DNA of 64,000 bases. It comes from Candidatus Woesebacteria bacterium RIFCSPHIGHO2_02_FULL_42_20. Its GTDB lineage: Bacteria > Patescibacteriota > Microgenomatia > UBA8517. The DNA is taken from assembly GCA_001792535.1 (NCBI GenBank), contig MGGS01000013.1:64692-128691 (forward strand). Reading direction: 5' to 3'. Under the pieces are notes generated by a model. The model saw only the letters and a program-made list of their open reading frames with translations. It was not told the origin of the DNA and did not search any database. Shown piece after piece: positions 63,552 to 64,000 of this stretch (position 1 is the stretch's first letter; the number at the start of each line of letters is the position of its first letter). A program made the translations under genes and the position numbers.

Positions 63552-64000
63552 ATGAAATTTTGGAAATTTTTCCTAGCTGCCAACTTAGTCTTAAGCCAAA
63601 TTCTAAGCCTCTTGATATATGCGAGTCCGGCTAAAGCAACCCCTCCGACCGACTTTATTAACGAGACACTTCTCACCGGGCTTAACGAGCCGACGGCAAT
63701 CCAGTTTTTGCCGGATGGGCGGATGCTGATTTTGTCCCGGTACGGAAGTATAAGAGTCGCCCAGCCTGGAGCCATTCAGGTCGATCCGACGCCGTTTTTG
63801 GATTTAACTTCGGTGACTAATACTTCACAAGGAGAAAGAGGGCTTACCGGTATCGCTCTTGATCCGGGTTTTTTAACAAACGGATTTGTCTATCTTTTTT
63901 ATACCAGAAATTTGCCGTTACGCGATCGGGTTGCCAGGTTTACTGCTAGCGGAAATACGGCTGATCCGGGAAGCGAAATTGTTATTTGGCAGGATAACGT
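63552..64000 (+). CDS. PQQ-dependent sugar dehydrogenase-like (SGDH) beta-propeller protein, N-terminal part; the 3' end lies outside the window
   Basis: Signal peptide then …LNEPTAIQFLPDGRMLILSRYGSIRV… and …ERGLTGIALDPGF…GFVYLFYT… blades typical of glucose/sorbosone dehydrogenases. Confidence 0.5.
   Translation, partial: MKFWKFFLAANLVLSQILSLLIYASPAKATPPTDFINETLLTGLNEPTAIQFLPDGRMLILSRYGSIRVAQPGAIQVDPTPFLDLTSVTNTSQGERGLTGIALDPGFLTNGFVYLFYTRNLPLRDRVARFTASGNTADPGSEIVIWQDN

Overview
This is an AT-rich, gene-dense 64-kb window read with the standard bacterial code (TGA is used as a stop, e.g. in ATGA and GTGA overlaps). Genes are small and there are many DUF/toxin-antitoxin genes, which fits a small-genome Patescibacteria/CPR-like bacterium. 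That placement is inference from gene content. A housekeeping backbone is recognisable: miaA, dtd, secD, secF, cca, recJ, aspS, gltX, typA, an RNase P RNA gene, tRNA-Gln(CUG), a rel/spoT homolog, a two-component system and a DEAD-box helicase. Several accessory insertions interrupt it.

The most unusual feature is a 5.6-kb six-gene minus-strand operon (17546..22670) flanked by 33-bp imperfect direct repeats. It encodes a stand-alone class II aaRS catalytic-core paralog (AsnA/AsnRS-like), a pyruvoyl-type S-adenosylmethionine decarboxylase-like protein, two SAM-dependent methyltransferases, an S66 LD-carboxypeptidase (MccF/LdcA family) and a 351-aa orphan protein. It sits next to a frameshifted, stop-containing rel/spoT gene.

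Other notable features:
- an AspRS fused to a C-terminal YbaK/ProX-like deacylase domain, preceded by a T-box leader;
- an RNase P RNA gene overlapped antisense by the 3' end of a methyltransferase ORF;
- a DUF4258/DUF2283 cassette flanked by a 34-bp duplication of the upstream permease 3' end;
- a repeat-flanked gene next to a SET-domain gene and tRNA-Gln;
- a family of three GC-rich intergenic repeats;
- short tandem repeats inside recJ and gltX;
- a uORF that mimics its downstream gene's N-terminus;
- AbiEii-like and BrnT/BrnA toxin-antitoxin loci;
- a GT2 + GT-C glycosylation module.

All calls come from reading the sequence and the supplied ORF translations. No database searches were run.
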